Assembly: GCF_004010195.1 (NCBI RefSeq)
Contig: NC_057750.1
Span: 2,610,112 to 2,674,111 of the forward strand
Source of the DNA: Chiloscyllium plagiosum
Lineage: Eukaryota
Length of the DNA stretch: 64,000 nucleotides
Direction: 5' to 3'
In this document: piece after piece, positions 62,560 through 64,000 of the stretch
How positions within the stretch are numbered: position 1 is the first letter of the stretch
Layout: each line of letters starts with the position of its first letter
Notes under the pieces: model-generated
Seen by the model: only the letters and a program-made list of their open reading frames with translations
What the model was told of the DNA's origin: nothing
The model's database searches: none
Translations under genes and position numbers: made by a program

Positions 62560-63330
62560 ATCATCAGTACATAGAAGGTGGTTATGGTTGTTAGAGCTCA
62601 AGCGTCCCAGCCCCAGGACATCTCTGCAGGAGTTCCTCAGGGTAGTGTCCTAGATCCAACCAACTTCAGCTGCTTCATCAATGACCTACCTTTTCATTCA
62701 TAAGGTCAGAAATGGTGATGCTGACTAATTGTACAAAGTTCAGGAACTCTTCACATTGAAGCAACTTGTGTTCATATGCAGCAAGACCTGGGCAACATCC
62801 AGTTTTGGCTTGATAATATCTGTACCCCAAAAATGCCAGGCAATGACTATCTCCTGCAAGAAGGAATCTAGCTATTCGCTCTTAATGTTCAATAGCTTTA
62901 CTGTCATTGGGTTCACTGTTGACCAGAAACTGAACTAGATTAAGCATATAAATGGTTACAGGAGCAGTTCAGATGCTAGGGATTTTAAGGCAAATAATTC
63001 ACCCACCTGCCTCTCAAACCTTCCACAGTTTACAAGTCAAGTTAACACTCTGGTGGAATACTCTCCTCATGCCTAGGTGAGTGCAATTCAGTATCAGCAA
63101 TGCATACCATCTGCAAGGACACACTGTAGTAACTCAGCAAGACTCCTCTTGCAACATCGTCCAAGCCTGCACCCACCTCCACACAAAGAACAGGGGCAAG
63201 AGGACAATGGAAACCCCATCCTCTGATCTGCAGACCATTCCTGACTTGGGGCTATGTTATAATTCTTTCAATGCTGAGTCAAATCCTGGAACTCACTCCC
63301 TAAAACACTGGGTGTAGCTACATCTCTAAA
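62560..63330 (+). mobile_element. Highly decayed non-LTR retrotransposon RT and 3' region (CR1/L2 group)
   Basis: GVPQGSVL.PT.FSCFINDLP encoded at ~62629-62691; the tail resembles repeats at 10600-10910 and 12210-12340. Confidence 0.7.
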
Positions 63331-64000
63331 AGGGAAGTTCATCGCTACTTCCTTCAGGATAATTTAGAGATGGCCAATATATTCTGATTTAGCCAGCAAT
63401 ATTCTATCCGAGGAATAAATTTGAAAGTAAAATCATTCCCTGAACAAAACAGATGGACCAAAATTAATTATTAAAACCATGTCTGAATCTTTATCCATTA
63501 CTTCAGCGAAGGAAAGTTATTTTTATTAACTTGTTCTAATGCTCCTCTGGAGCAGGTATGATTTGAACCCAGACCTCCTGTCTCAGCTGTAGGGACACTA
63601 TCATAAAATCTGCATTATCATTGACTGCATCTCATTTCCAAGCTGTGTTGCTTTACAGTAGGGCTGTGTGATGAATTAGTAATCCAGAGGCCTGGGCTAA
63701 TCTGTAAATAGAAGTCGAGTGATTAGATTAGATTCCGTACAGTATGGAAAAAGGCCCTTCAGCCCAACAAGTCCACACCGACCCTCCAAAGAGTATCCCA
63801 CCCAGACCCATTCTCCTACCCTATATTTACCCCTGATTAATGCACCTAGCACTATGGGCAGTTTATCATGGCCAATTCACCTGATCTGCACGTCTTTGGA
63901 CTGTGGGAGGCAACAGGAGCACCCGGAGGAAACCCACGCAGACACGTGGAGAATGTGCAAACTCCACACAGACAATTATCTGAGGCAGGAATTGAACCCG

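Overview
Eukaryotic, repeat-rich vertebrate genomic DNA. The HE1/V-SINE, Deu-domain SINE and CR1/HER1-type LINE content points to a cartilaginous fish (shark; inference). The left part carries most of CCDC9 on the minus strand: an ATG-ending exon at 29191-29240 and nine further exons down to ~2700, all with GT-AG sites and phase-consistent. After a 500-N scaffold gap (48918-49417), SAE1 exons 4 and 5 lie on the plus strand. The rest is mostly decayed LINEs and SINEs. The most notable structure: (1) a 531-bp inverted pair tightly bracketing CCDC9 exons 5-9 (circRNA-type architecture); (2) three families of short, often palindromic Penelope-like repeats carrying minimal hammerhead-ribozyme cores, several with target-site duplications and some in the sense orientation of host introns; (3) a second inverted composite duplication enclosing a possible unannotated plus-strand transcript; (4) SAE1 orientation across the gap that conflicts with human synteny. 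Repeat boundaries are approximate and all alignments were done by eye. No prokaryotic system or CRISPR array is present.
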